NCBI GenBank assembly: GCA_007376285.1
Contig: VMFZ01000004.1
Location: 300-64,299 of the forward strand
DNA length: 64,000 bases
Reading direction: 5' to 3'
Source: Parcubacteria group bacterium Gr01-1014_17
Lineage (GTDB): Bacteria; Patescibacteriota; Minisyncoccia; Phycocordibacterales; UBA10002
Part shown: positions 9,923 through 19,088 of the stretch, in pieces
Layout: each line of letters begins with the position of its first letter
Numbering within the stretch: the stretch's first letter is position 1
The notes under the pieces: generated by a model
Database searches by the model: none
What the model saw: only the letters and a program-made list of their open reading frames with translations
Told to the model about the DNA's origin: nothing
Program-made: the position numbers and the translations under genes

Positions 9923-10755
9923 TATTGCTCTTTTTTTAGATCGTAATAATAGTTGCCAGCATAGGCAGAACCTATTGGGAAATTCTCAAATTCGCTTTCA
10001 GCTAATACTATCAGTGTTCGACTATTTTTTTCATATTTCATTAAGTAATAATGCTTTTCTTCGTCGCCTGTAGAATCTTTATAACCAATAACTAGATTTA
10101 TCAAATTTCCATCTTCCCTTAACCACAAGATATCCTCCTTATTCTCAAGATTCAATTCAATACTTCTGGATATTCCAGGTCCGATATCCCCCATCGTAGT
10201 AGGTACAAGCATTATCCCGCTTTGACCTGTTTCAGGAGCACGCACTTCTAAAGTCAAGAAGTGGCCTGGAACCGCTCTATATTCAAAAGCTTTTTGTCCC
10301 AAATCAGGACTATCTTCAAATTTTGCAAAAACAAAAAACACATCCTTAGCTACAGACTTTCCTGGATTCAAGAGCTTAAAATTTATAGTTGTGTTGCCGT
10401 CATAACTTATGGAATCCAAATTAATATAGGGTCTATTGGCTGCTTTGTACATCTCAACCCCCTGTATGAAAGAGGAGATTCCTACCGAAGCGGTTACTAA
10501 AGTCAGAAAGACCAATGCACAATTTAACCAAAATGTCCTTCTTTGATATTTAAGTAGGATATATTGCTCTATATAACGGGAAGATGGGTCAACATACCAA
10601 CTTGTAGTAGTGCCGTTTTTCTCAGATGTATTAGCGTAACTCTGTTCCTCCTTAGAAGCATGACGAAGAGCGTCAAACAATTCCTTATCTGAAGACTTTG
10701 GGTTGAGCAATTTTGCTACATTTTTACCTTTATTAAACAATTTCGGAATGTTCAT
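9922..10755 (-). CDS. uncharacterised single-pass membrane protein encoded between mod and res (gene X)
   Basis: 277 aa with one TM (FWLNCALVFLTLVTASVGISSF). It is very AT-rich and translationally coupled on both sides. I recognise no homolog. Confidence 0.6.
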   Translation of the reverse strand: MNIPKLFNKGKNVAKLLNPKSSDKELFDALRHASKEEQSYANTSEKNGTTTSWYVDPSSRYIEQYILLKYQRRTFWLNCALVFLTLVTASVGISSFIQGVEMYKAANRPYINLDSISYDGNTTINFKLLNPGKSVAKDVFFVFAKFEDSPDLGQKAFEYRAVPGHFLTLEVRAPETGQSGIMLVPTTMGDIGPGISRSIELNLENKEDILWLREDGNLINLVIGYKDSTGDEEKHYYLMKYEKNSRTLIVLAESEFENFPIGSAYAGNYYYDLKKEQ

Positions 10756-10756
10756 A

Positions 10757-12334
10757 TCAATATACCCTTACTTGGTAAGGGATTTGCTTAAAGGTGATAT
10801 TGTAATCATTCAAAATCTCCTCACTCAAAAGGCATTTATCCGCATAGACAACTTTTTCCTCGCCGTCTTTTTTCATACCTTTGAGCGCGGTGCGGTTCAA
10901 GATATTGTCGTCCTTCTGCTTGAATAAAAGATAGTATTCGGTGCCGCTATGCTCTCCGATAAACGCGCCTTTGATTTTCCGCTTATCAATATGTGAAAGC
11001 GTCTCGGTAAAATACACATAACTCGCCATTTCCTCAAACGACACTTTCTCGTTGATATTTCCGTCCGCCTTAAAAAGCGGTACGCCAAGTTCCGCGTACT
11101 CAAAATCCCCCTTTCCTAACTTTTTCGCTACGCGCCGCACTCGTTCTTGCGTAATCTCCCGCGCAATTTTCTTTTCCATTTCAACCAAAATAAACTTGCG
11201 ATCTCCGCCGTCTTCTTTATTCAATTCCATAACTGCATGCGCTGTTGTGCCGGAACCCGCAAAAGAATCAAGGATAAGAGAATTTTTATCACATGTTAGC
11301 TCAATTAAATACTCAATCAATTCTATTGGTTTTGAATAGTTAAAGACTGCTTCTCCGAAAATATCTTTCAACAGTCTATTTGACTGGGTGGTTGAATATT
11401 TTGAAATAACACCTATTGGCTGAATCAATCGGTCTATCAAGTTACCTTCGTTGTCACAATTTAAGTATTGTTTTGTGTACACAGCCCATTCATTGTTTTT
11501 ATCTTGTTTAATAACAACAAAATCATTTTTTGTTCCCCAAATCAATTTTTCTTTTCCCCATCTCCAACGGCTTATCTTTTTAGAATCCTTATTCGGATAA
11601 ATCAACTTACCATCGGGTGCTTTAATTGGATAGTCTAGGGATTTTACATAACCAAGACTTGCACTATCTAATTTTATTAGTTGATATTTACCTCTTGTTG
11701 AGACATACTTATCGGCCAATTTATAACGGTCTTCGTCTTCAACGGGTAAGCCGAATATTCTTGAATTTTTTATCTCTTTCGCATATACCAAAATATACTC
11801 GTGTTTTATTCTGAAAAAGTTACTGTCAGATTTTCCTCCTCCTTCTTTGTTTTCCCACACAATATTCGCAACAAAATTTTCCGAACCGAAAATATCGTCC
11901 ATAATCATTTTCAGGTTGCAGTGCTCGTTATCGTCAATGGAAATAAAAATTACGCCGTCGTCGCGAAGCAGTTGGTGGAGCAATTTCAAGCGCGGGTACA
12001 TCATACAGAGCCACTTGTCGTGTCGCGTTAAATCCTCGCCTTCGGGACCCACCACCTTTCCAAGCCATTCGCGGATGTGCCCGGAATTAACTCGGTCGTT
12101 ATACACCCACTTTTCATTGCCGGTGTTGTACGGCGGGTCAATGTAAATGCACTTCACTTTTCCGTAATAAAACGGCAGAAGTGCTTTCAACGCTTCAAGA
12201 TTATCCCCTTCCACGATTAAGTTCTCGCTATGCTCTCCGAGCGACAGCGATTTGTTTTTCCGAAGCAGGCGGAACGGCACCTCCTTATCGTGCCCCACCA
12301 CCTTATCTTTTCCTATCCATGTAAATAACGGCAT
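10757..12334 (-). CDS. mod: Type III R-M DNA methyltransferase Mod (beta-class N6A/N4C MTase)
   Basis: DPPY motif IYIDPPYNTG followed by FxGxG ILDSFAGSGTT. The start is taken at MPLFTW, 1 nt after the doc stop. Confidence 0.85.
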   Translation of the reverse strand: MPLFTWIGKDKVVGHDKEVPFRLLRKNKSLSLGEHSENLIVEGDNLEALKALLPFYYGKVKCIYIDPPYNTGNEKWVYNDRVNSGHIREWLGKVVGPEGEDLTRHDKWLCMMYPRLKLLHQLLRDDGVIFISIDDNEHCNLKMIMDDIFGSENFVANIVWENKEGGGKSDSNFFRIKHEYILVYAKEIKNSRIFGLPVEDEDRYKLADKYVSTRGKYQLIKLDSASLGYVKSLDYPIKAPDGKLIYPNKDSKKISRWRWGKEKLIWGTKNDFVVIKQDKNNEWAVYTKQYLNCDNEGNLIDRLIQPIGVISKYSTTQSNRLLKDIFGEAVFNYSKPIELIEYLIELTCDKNSLILDSFAGSGTTAHAVMELNKEDGGDRKFILVEMEKKIAREITQERVRRVAKKLGKGDFEYAELGVPLFKADGNINEKVSFEEMASYVYFTETLSHIDKRKIKGAFIGEHSGTEYYLLFKQKDDNILNRTALKGMKKDGEEKVVYADKCLLSEEILNDYNITFKQIPYQVRVY

Positions 12335-12335
12335 A

Positions 12336-12767
12336 TTATTTTTCAGATTCTTTAAAGTCCTCCATATAAAGACCGACAAACTTCTGTACTGCATCAACCG
12401 TTGCGTCTTTAACATGCGCATTACTCTCCGCAACCCACTTCGCAAAGTTATAGAGTTCTTGATTGCTCACCCGAAGCCATTTCTCATTCTTATACAAGAA
12501 ATATAGGAGCGTCGTAACTGCAATTCTCTTATTGCCATTCTGAAAAGGGTGATTCTTGATGAGAAAATAAAAAAGCACCGAGGACTTTTCAATAAGCCCT
12601 TGATACAGATATTTCTTGTCAAATTTCTGAAAGGGGGCGATAAGGCAACTTTCCAAAATGTTTGGATTTCGTGTTTTAAATTCCGGAATCGGCTCATTCC
12701 ATGTCATCCATTCTTTCGCCAGCGTGTGAGCGATATATTCAACTTCTGTAATAGAAATGGGTTTCAT
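12336..12767 (-). CDS. doc: Fic/Doc family toxin (death-on-curing)
   Basis: Fic motif HPFQNGNKRIAV; 143 aa. Confidence 0.85.
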   Translation of the reverse strand: MKPISITEVEYIAHTLAKEWMTWNEPIPEFKTRNPNILESCLIAPFQKFDKKYLYQGLIEKSSVLFYFLIKNHPFQNGNKRIAVTTLLYFLYKNEKWLRVSNQELYNFAKWVAESNAHVKDATVDAVQKFVGLYMEDFKESEK

Positions 12768-12769
12768 AA

Positions 12770-13039
12770 TTATTCCTTTCCAAGCAAACGAAGTGCTTCA
12801 CCATATTCTCTTATGGTTTTTGCGACAGACGCTTCAATATCGTTCTTTTTTTTGTCTGTTAATTCTCTGCCGAGTATTCGGTTGAGCTCATCGTACGCGA
12901 TAATGTAGTTCCTACCAACTTTTTGCGCTTTAATATCGCCACTTTGTATTTTATTAAATACAGCAGTTCGGCTTATACACAAGATTTTAGCCGCTTCCGT
13001 TGCAGATATATACTTTTGAGTTTTATTTTCCATAGTCAT
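12770..13039 (-). CDS. HTH (excisionase-like) DNA-binding protein, putative antitoxin partner of Doc
   Basis: ISATEAAKILCISRTAVFNKIQSGDIKAQKVGR HTH; its stop is 2 nt before the doc start. Confidence 0.55.
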   Translation of the reverse strand: MTMENKTQKYISATEAAKILCISRTAVFNKIQSGDIKAQKVGRNYIIAYDELNRILGRELTDKKKNDIEASVAKTIREYGEALRLLGKE

Positions 13040-13124
13040 ATTATAATCGTGTTAACTTAATAGTCAAGTGTGAACATATGTTAACTTGTGTATAACCGTA
13101 TTTACCGATACGACATACCGCCGC

Positions 13125-13817
13125 TTAAAGCAATCCTTTTTCCTTAAAACTCAAAAACTTATTTCCAGCCACGATAATATGATCCAGCACTTCTATTCCC
13201 ATAATCTTTCCCGCTTCAACGAGCCGCTTGGTTGTCTCTATGTCTTCCTTTGACGGCTCAGTATCGCCCGATGGGTGGTTGTGGGCAAAAATTACTGACG
13301 CGGCTTTATTTTTGATTGCCTCCGCGAACACCTCGCGAGGATGAACAACACTCGCATTGAGTGAGCCGATTGATACCTCCGCTATTGAGTGGTTTCTGCT
13401 GTTGAGGGCTATGCTGTAAAAATGCTCTTTGTGGTAGTCCTTGAGTTTACTTTTCACAAGCCGACATACTTTTTCGGGGTCAGTGAGTTCTTTGTTTTTG
13501 TATGACGGAGTTTGTGTAGACAATCGCCGTCCAATCTCAAAAACCGCTTTTATTTGCGTTGCTTTTGCTAATCCAATTCCTTTGATTAAAGACAATTCCT
13601 CAATGCTTGCCTCAGCTAATTTCTGCAAACTGCCGAATTGCGATAATAGTTTTTGTGCCGTTATGGAAACCGATTCGCCGGCAATACCGCGACCCAAAAT
13701 AACCTGCAATAATTCTTGCGCCGATAGCGCTTGCTCGCCAAACTCCACCAATCGTTCGCGCGGTCGCTCTTCTTTCGGTAAATCGCGAATCGTGAATGAC
13801 TTAATCATAGAATACAA
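13125..13817 (-). CDS. radC: RadC-like JAB/MPN domain protein
   Basis: JAMM motif HNHPSGDTEPSKED and a helix-hairpin-helix N-terminus. Confidence 0.85.
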   Translation of the reverse strand: MYSMIKSFTIRDLPKEERPRERLVEFGEQALSAQELLQVILGRGIAGESVSITAQKLLSQFGSLQKLAEASIEELSLIKGIGLAKATQIKAVFEIGRRLSTQTPSYKNKELTDPEKVCRLVKSKLKDYHKEHFYSIALNSRNHSIAEVSIGSLNASVVHPREVFAEAIKNKAASVIFAHNHPSGDTEPSKEDIETTKRLVEAGKIMGIEVLDHIIVAGNKFLSFKEKGLL

Positions 13818-13884
13818 TAAATCCTAGCATTTTTTGACACATAAAAACAGCCCCGCTTCGCTCGGGCTTCGGCAGTTACAAGCC

Positions 13885-13929
13885 CCCGCATTTCTTTATA
13901 CCAGTGTTTTGCAAAACACTAGTATAGAT
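13885..13929. repeat. repeat A copy 1 (palindrome ACCAGTGTTTTGCAAAACACTAGT) at the 3' end of the ArsR-like gene
   Basis: near-identical to 14201..14247; it encodes the C-terminal ILVFCKTLV of the regulator. Confidence 0.7.
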
Positions 13930-14168
13930 TCACCGCGGGCGGTGAGCCGGTGAAGTACGCTCGGACCAGAGTTCCGTTTCATAATAAGGCCTGCAATCGC
14001 CAATTTCCGAATGTGGTCGGAAGCATTCTCGTACCCAAGTTTAAGCCGCTTGGTAATAGCGGCAACCGAGAGTTCAGGTTCTTTGTGCAGTAATTCAAGA
14101 ATCTTAATCCGATTGTGATTTGCAAAGCCGCGCACCACGCGCTCCGCTTTCCTATATTCAAAAGCCAT
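13896..14168 (-). CDS. ArsR-family HTH transcriptional regulator (paralog 1)
   Basis: ANHNRIKILELL ... AITKRLKLGYENASDHIRKLAIAGLI; start taken at MAFEYRK. Confidence 0.7.
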   Translation of the reverse strand: MAFEYRKAERVVRGFANHNRIKILELLHKEPELSVAAITKRLKLGYENASDHIRKLAIAGLIMKRNSGPSVLHRLTARGESILVFCKTLV

Positions 14169-14200
14169 ATCTATTATTATACTACCACACATCCCACGTC

Positions 14201-14247
14201 CCCGCATTTCTTTATACTAGTGTTTTGCAAAACACTAGCATAGACAT
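14201..14247. repeat. repeat A copy 2, upstream operator candidate of the ArsR-like gene
   Basis: cccgcatttctttatactagtgttttgcaaaacactagcatagac. Confidence 0.7.
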
Positions 14248-14362
14248 ATCCCATGTCACTTTTTTACAAACAAAAGCAACTGTTTTTTGTGTGGTGAAGC
14301 ATTTGACATATTGAGTTGGCTATAGTACTATCTTCTCTAGAAAATATTATCAGTGAGGTTCT

Positions 14363-14881
14363 ATGAGATTTGAAAAAACAAATAAGTTCTTCATAACTGG
14401 GTGGCATTCATTCAAACAAAACTTCGTTGTACAACGTATCGTTCTTGCAATTCTTTTGTTTGGCGCAGGATTCAACATTGGTCTTCCTCTTGTTGTGGAA
14501 GGAACGCGAATGGAATTTCTGTTCCATGTGTGGTTTATCATTGTTACTATGCTGTGCCTCGGTATTCACATTGGTTACGCGCTTCGATATCGGCCGGAGG
14601 AAAAAAATATTTTTTTGCCCTTTGTGTTTCCGGTTGAGTTTCTGGCTCCATTTTTTTTCATCGTCGGTGGGCTTGCAACAGCGCGGGTGCTTATCTACTG
14701 GACCGTGTATGCAAAGTCCTTCGGGTGGGAAACAGTACGCCGGCAAATCTACTTTGACGGAAATGTGTTCCTAATCTGCTTCATCCTTGGCACATATTGG
14801 CTTGAACTTGGGCTTGCACGCATGCGCGGCAAAAAATCGCTGCGCATATGGCCATTCATACTCAAAGCAAATAAGAACTAA
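14363..14881 (+). CDS. hypothetical polytopic membrane protein
   Basis: 172 aa with 4-5 hydrophobic helices. Confidence 0.45.
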   Translation: MRFEKTNKFFITGWHSFKQNFVVQRIVLAILLFGAGFNIGLPLVVEGTRMEFLFHVWFIIVTMLCLGIHIGYALRYRPEEKNIFLPFVFPVEFLAPFFFIVGGLATARVLIYWTVYAKSFGWETVRRQIYFDGNVFLICFILGTYWLELGLARMRGKKSLRIWPFILKANKN

Positions 14882-14890
14882 AAGCAATTC

Positions 14891-14919
14891 GGCACGGCGA
14901 GATGGTCTCGCCGTGTTTT
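14891..14919. terminator. hairpin ggcacggcgagatggtctcgccgtg followed by a T-tract
   Basis: perfect stem followed by ttttt. Confidence 0.6.
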
Positions 14920-15061
14920 TCATATTTTATTTCGGCCCGCACTTTTCACCCGACAAAAACAGCCATGCTTTGCTGAATCTACGCAGGACAAGCCGCCCAT
15001 CCGCCCGCTTTGAAACCCTCCAAAACTCTATGGAACCCTTCGCCCGAAGGGTCCCCTACAA

Positions 15062-15092
15062 AACATTCTCACTTTCTTAAGAATGTGAGAAT
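15062..15092. repeat. repeat B copy 1 (30-bp palindrome ACATTCTCACTTTCTTAAGAATGTGAGAATGT)
   Basis: three copies in the window (15062, 15682, 15990); this one overlaps the tag 3' end. Confidence 0.75.
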
Positions 15093-15670
15093 GTTTTTGT
15101 AATGTCGTTTTTACGGAAACACCGCTCCATATGGTCGTTCACCATCCCCACTGCCTGCATATGTGCATATAGCGTTGTAGGACCGAGAAATCGAAAACCG
15201 CGCGCTTTGAGGTCGTGCGCCCAGCGAATTGCCTCGTCGCTCGTCTGACGATAATCTTTGATTGTTTTAATTCTGTACTGAATTGGCGTACCGCCGACAA
15301 AACCCCACATATATTTTGAAAAATTACTAAATTCTTTCTGTATCTTCAGAAATCTTTTTGCATTGTTAATTGTCGCTTCTATTTTCGCGCGGTTGCGCAC
15401 AATACCGGCGTCGCCAAGAAGCCGCACCACATCTCGCTTTTCAAACGCTGCAATTTTCTTTGGGGAAAAATCCGCGAACATTTTTCTGAAATGCTCGCGC
15501 TTATGCAAAATCGTGCGCCAACTTAACCCCGCTTGAAAGATTTCCAATACCAAGAATTCAAAAATCTTTCGGTCTTCATAAAGCGGAACGCCCCATTCCG
15601 TGTCGTGATACTCCTTCATACGCGCATCATTCTCATCTACCCACGCGCATCGTTTTCTTTTTTCTTCCAT
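15077..15670 (-). CDS. tag: DNA-3-methyladenine glycosylase I
   Basis: EYHDTEWGVPLYEDRKIFEFLVLEIFQAGLSWRTIL is typical of Tag. Confidence 0.85.
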   Translation of the reverse strand: MEEKRKRCAWVDENDARMKEYHDTEWGVPLYEDRKIFEFLVLEIFQAGLSWRTILHKREHFRKMFADFSPKKIAAFEKRDVVRLLGDAGIVRNRAKIEATINNAKRFLKIQKEFSNFSKYMWGFVGGTPIQYRIKTIKDYRQTSDEAIRWAHDLKARGFRFLGPTTLYAHMQAVGMVNDHMERCFRKNDITKTFSHS

Positions 15671-15681
15671 ACAAGTACGAA

Positions 15682-15712
15682 ACATTCTCACATTCTTAAG
15701 AATGTGAGAATG
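15682..15712. repeat. repeat B copy 2
   Basis: aacattctcacattcttaagaatgtgagaatgtt; encodes the KTFSHS C-terminus of ArsR paralog 2. Confidence 0.75.
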
Positions 15713-15971
15713 TTTTTATGAGCTGTATCATACGGTGGCCGTACGGAGAAAGCGAGTGTGCCACTTCCCTGCCGCGATATTTCTTATCAACAAGTCCTGC
15801 ATACACGAGGCGGCGAGTATGTTCAGCAATCGTTTTCAGATTGCAGTCCAAATGCTCTGCTATGCCATCAAGCGAGACGCCCTCTGAAGTATGTATTAAG
15901 AAAAGTATCTGAAGGCGTCGATGGTTCGCGACTCCCTTAAAATGCCGTTCCAATTGTTTAGGTGTTTTCAT
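15696..15971 (-). CDS. ArsR-family HTH transcriptional regulator (paralog 2)
   Basis: ANHRRLQILFLI ... IAEHLDCNLKTIAEHTRRLVYAGLV; homologous to paralog 1. Confidence 0.7.
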   Translation of the reverse strand: MKTPKQLERHFKGVANHRRLQILFLIHTSEGVSLDGIAEHLDCNLKTIAEHTRRLVYAGLVDKKYRGREVAHSLSPYGHRMIQLIKTFSHS

Positions 15972-15989
15972 TCTTATTCATTATACTAG

Positions 15990-16020
15990 CACATTCTCAC
16001 TTTCTTAAGAAAGTGAGAAT
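15990..16020. repeat. repeat B copy 3, operator/promoter candidate between ArsR paralog 2 and typA
   Basis: acattctcactttcttaagaaagtgagaatgt. Confidence 0.7.
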
Positions 16021-16112
16021 GTTGTTATGCGGATATTCAATGTTTGCGTTCTTTTGCATTTTATCGTATTATGAATGTGAAATCGTGGCCGCGAGGCCAT
16101 TTTCATTTGTAT

Positions 16113-17918
16113 ATGCAAGAAATTAGAAACATCGCCATTATCGCCCATGTTGACCACGGCAAAACCACGCTCACTGACGCGCTTCTCGCGCAATCGGGTG
16201 TTGGGAAAGCCGGCGCGTCTATGGATTCAAACGCGCTCGAGCTTGAGCGCGGCATTACGATTTACGCGAAAAATACTTCTATTCCCTACAAAGGCGGAAA
16301 AATAAATATCGTAGACACGCCCGGGCACGCAGACTTCGGAAGCGAGGTGGAGCGCGTCTTGCGCTCCATTGATTGCGTGCTCCTTGTCGTAGATGCACAA
16401 GAAGGACCGATGCCTCAGACGCGCTTTGTGCTTAAGAAATCGTTGGAACTCGGGCTTAAGCCGATTGTCGTTATAAACAAAATGGACAAGACGGCGGCAG
16501 ACGCACAGGTCTTGGAACTTTTTTTTGAACTTGGCGCTACGGACGCGCAGGCAAACTTCCCTATCGTGTACGCCATCGGCCGCGAAGGAGTTGCGAAAAA
16601 GAATTTGACCGATGAATCCAAAGACCTCTCGCCACTTCTTGATACCATTCTGGAACATGTGCCGAATGTCTCTTTGCCGGAACTTGCGGCGAAGCCGCTT
16701 CGCCTCCAACCATTCAATCTCGCGTACGACAACTTTCTCGGCAGAATGGCAGTCGCGCGCGTGTATGAAGGTGTTGTAAAACCCGGAATGAATGTGTTTA
16801 TAAAAAATCAAAAAGGCGAAATACGAAACGGAAAAATCATTAAGCTTTTCACATGGAACGGAATGGAAAAAAACGAGGCGGCAGAGGTAGTGGCTGGAGA
16901 TATCGCGCTCGTTGCTGGGCTTACCAACATTGAAATCGGCGAGACCGTGTCTGCTGAAAAAGATGCGGATGTGCTCCCCACCATTTCAATTGACGAGCCC
17001 ACGATTGAACTGCAATTTCTCGTCAACAATTCGCCGTTCGGCGGCCGCGACGGAAAGTTCGTGACTTCGCGCCAAATTCGCGACTACTTGGAGCGCGAGC
17101 TTGAAGTGAATGTGGGGCTCAAGGTGGACTTCTCTTCAAATGAATTCTTCAAGGTACTCGGGCGCGGCGAACTCCACATTGCGATACTTCTAGAAAATAT
17201 GCGCCGCGCGGGCTACGAAGTGCAAGTGTCACAACCGCAAGTTATTATCCGCGAAGAAATTGTAAGTAAGGAACCACTTGTGGTGAGCAAAGTCGAACCA
17301 TTTGAAGAAGTAATTATAGACACGCCGCTTGCGTACCAAGGTGTTGTTATTGAGAAGCTTGGCCGCCGCGCGTTTATCATCAAAAACATACACGAGCACA
17401 ACGGCTCAGTTCGTCTCACACTGGAAGGCCCGACGCGCGGGCTCTTGGGCTATCGCAACCAGTTTGTGGTAGACACGCGCGGCGATGGAATTATGTCGTC
17501 GCGCGTCGTCGGCTTCAAGCCGTACGCGGGCGAAATTTCAAAACGCGCAGTTGGTTCTATGCTCTCAATGGCAACCGGAAAAGCGCTCGGCTACGCGCTC
17601 TGGGGTTTCCAAGAACGCGGCATACTTTATATAGGACCCGGAACGGAAGTGTATGAAGGAATGGTCATAGGCAATACTTCAAAAGGCGAGCAGATGTCGG
17701 TAAACCCGACCAAAGGCAAACAACTCTCCAATGTCCGCGCTTCTGGCACCGACGAAGCGATAGACCTTGTACCGCCATACGAGATTACAATTGAACGCGG
17801 ACTGGAAGTAATGGCGGAAGACGAATATCTGGAAATTACTCCAAAAAGCGTGCGCCTACGGAAAAAATACCTTACCGAAATAGATCGCAACCGCGCGAAG
17901 CGCAAGGAGGGGAAATAA
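16113..17918 (+). CDS. typA: translational GTPase TypA/BipA
   Basis: [25 protein letters not shown]; ~600 aa EF-G-like. Confidence 0.9.
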   Translation: MQEIRNIAIIAHVDHGKTTLTDALLAQSGVGKAGASMDSNALELERGITIYAKNTSIPYKGGKINIVDTPGHADFGSEVERVLRSIDCVLLVVDAQEGPMPQTRFVLKKSLELGLKPIVVINKMDKTAADAQVLELFFELGATDAQANFPIVYAIGREGVAKKNLTDESKDLSPLLDTILEHVPNVSLPELAAKPLRLQPFNLAYDNFLGRMAVARVYEGVVKPGMNVFIKNQKGEIRNGKIIKLFTWNGMEKNEAAEVVAGDIALVAGLTNIEIGETVSAEKDADVLPTISIDEPTIELQFLVNNSPFGGRDGKFVTSRQIRDYLERELEVNVGLKVDFSSNEFFKVLGRGELHIAILLENMRRAGYEVQVSQPQVIIREEIVSKEPLVVSKVEPFEEVIIDTPLAYQGVVIEKLGRRAFIIKNIHEHNGSVRLTLEGPTRGLLGYRNQFVVDTRGDGIMSSRVVGFKPYAGEISKRAVGSMLSMATGKALGYALWGFQERGILYIGPGTEVYEGMVIGNTSKGEQMSVNPTKGKQLSNVRASGTDEAIDLVPPYEITIERGLEVMAEDEYLEITPKSVRLRKKYLTEIDRNRAKRKEGK

Positions 17919-17940
17919 TAAAAATATATTTCGTTCGTTT

Positions 17941-18013
17941 TGGACCGTACCGGTTTCGAACCGGTCACCTTTGCTATGCCATAGCAACGCTCTACCAAAT
18001 GAGCTAACGGCCC
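17941..18013 (-). tRNA. tRNA-Ala (GGC)
   Basis: cloverleaf with G3:U70, anticodon loop AUGGCAU, T-loop UUCGAAA; no encoded CCA. Confidence 0.85.
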
Positions 18014-18031
18014 GAAACGCCACTATAGCAT

Positions 18032-18487
18032 CTACTCAAAATACAATTCAATTTTGTCTTTGTCTTTCATTGGGTAGTCAAGCAGTTCGGCATTTTCTGT
18101 TCCGTTAACTGTCATGCGCGGAGTCGTGGTGCCGAAATCTTCCAACTGTTTATTCCACACCGCAAAGAAATCTGCCAGAGTGAAATCTCTCTGTTCGGGC
18201 GATTCAACATGTATCGTTCCGCTGGTATCGTGCGTGTGGAGCGCGTTCATGCAGATTCGTGTGACGCCGATATTGGCGGGAATCTCCACGCGCTTGCCGC
18301 TGGCGAAGATGGCAAGGTTCGGATGGATGTGAAATTGGGTCGCCATATCCGTGGTACAGGTAAGCGCTACCTCACGATTGGTCCGCGGCGTTGACGGCCC
18401 GGAAAATACTTTCGCTACGAATATACCTAATCCAACTACCGCCACAAGCACCCCTATTACGACAAATGTAAGTTTTGATTCCTGCAT
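18032..18487 (-). CDS. hypothetical membrane-anchored protein
   Basis: N-terminal TM, 151 aa, no recognised domain. Confidence 0.45.
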   Translation of the reverse strand: MQESKLTFVVIGVLVAVVGLGIFVAKVFSGPSTPRTNREVALTCTTDMATQFHIHPNLAIFASGKRVEIPANIGVTRICMNALHTHDTSGTIHVESPEQRDFTLADFFAVWNKQLEDFGTTTPRMTVNGTENAELLDYPMKDKDKIELYFE

Positions 18488-18515
18488 AGTGTTATAATCA
18501 TACTATACTATTCGT

Positions 18516-19028
18516 ATGGATGCATCACTTTTCCACACACTGAACAATCTCGCAGGGCAATCACCTGTGTTTGACGCGGCGATTATTTTTCTCGCCAAGT
18601 ATTTTCCCTACGCGGTTGTACTTGCGTTTCTCGCTCTGCTCTTTTATTCCGGCTATGCAAAACGAGAAAAAATCCGCATCTTTTGGGTAACTATGTTTTC
18701 GGTAGCGATTGCCCGCTATGGAATTACCGAACTCATCCGCTTTTTCTACTACCGCCCGCGGCCGTTTGTTGCGTATGAAATACAGCCGCTCTTTGCAGAA
18801 CATTCATGGTCGTTTCCTTCCGGACATGCAGCATTCTTTTTTGCGCTCGCAACTTCATTATACTTTTATAACAAAAAATGGAGCGCGTGTTTTTTTCTTG
18901 CGGCAATACTCATTTCCATCAGCCGTATCATCGCCGGCGTCCATTACCCGTCTGATATTTTAGGCGGTGCGTTTGTCGGTATTGCGATTGCGTATGTGGT
19001 GTGTCGTATAACAAAAAAATCCCGTTAG
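18516..19028 (+). CDS. PAP2 family phosphatase (undecaprenyl-diphosphatase-like)
   Basis: PSGH motif FPSGHAAFFF and SRIIAGVHYPSDILGG. Confidence 0.8.
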   Translation: MDASLFHTLNNLAGQSPVFDAAIIFLAKYFPYAVVLAFLALLFYSGYAKREKIRIFWVTMFSVAIARYGITELIRFFYYRPRPFVAYEIQPLFAEHSWSFPSGHAAFFFALATSLYFYNKKWSACFFLAAILISISRIIAGVHYPSDILGGAFVGIAIAYVVCRITKKSR

Positions 19029-19035
19029 GGATTTT

Positions 19036-19058
19036 TTTGTTACTGGACTCTTTCCAGT
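19036..19058 (+). terminator. hairpin cactggactctttccagtg after the PAP2 gene
   Basis: stem actgga/tccagt. Confidence 0.4.
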
Positions 19059-19088
19059 GTCTAGCTTCCAGTTTCTAGCCATCTAGAG

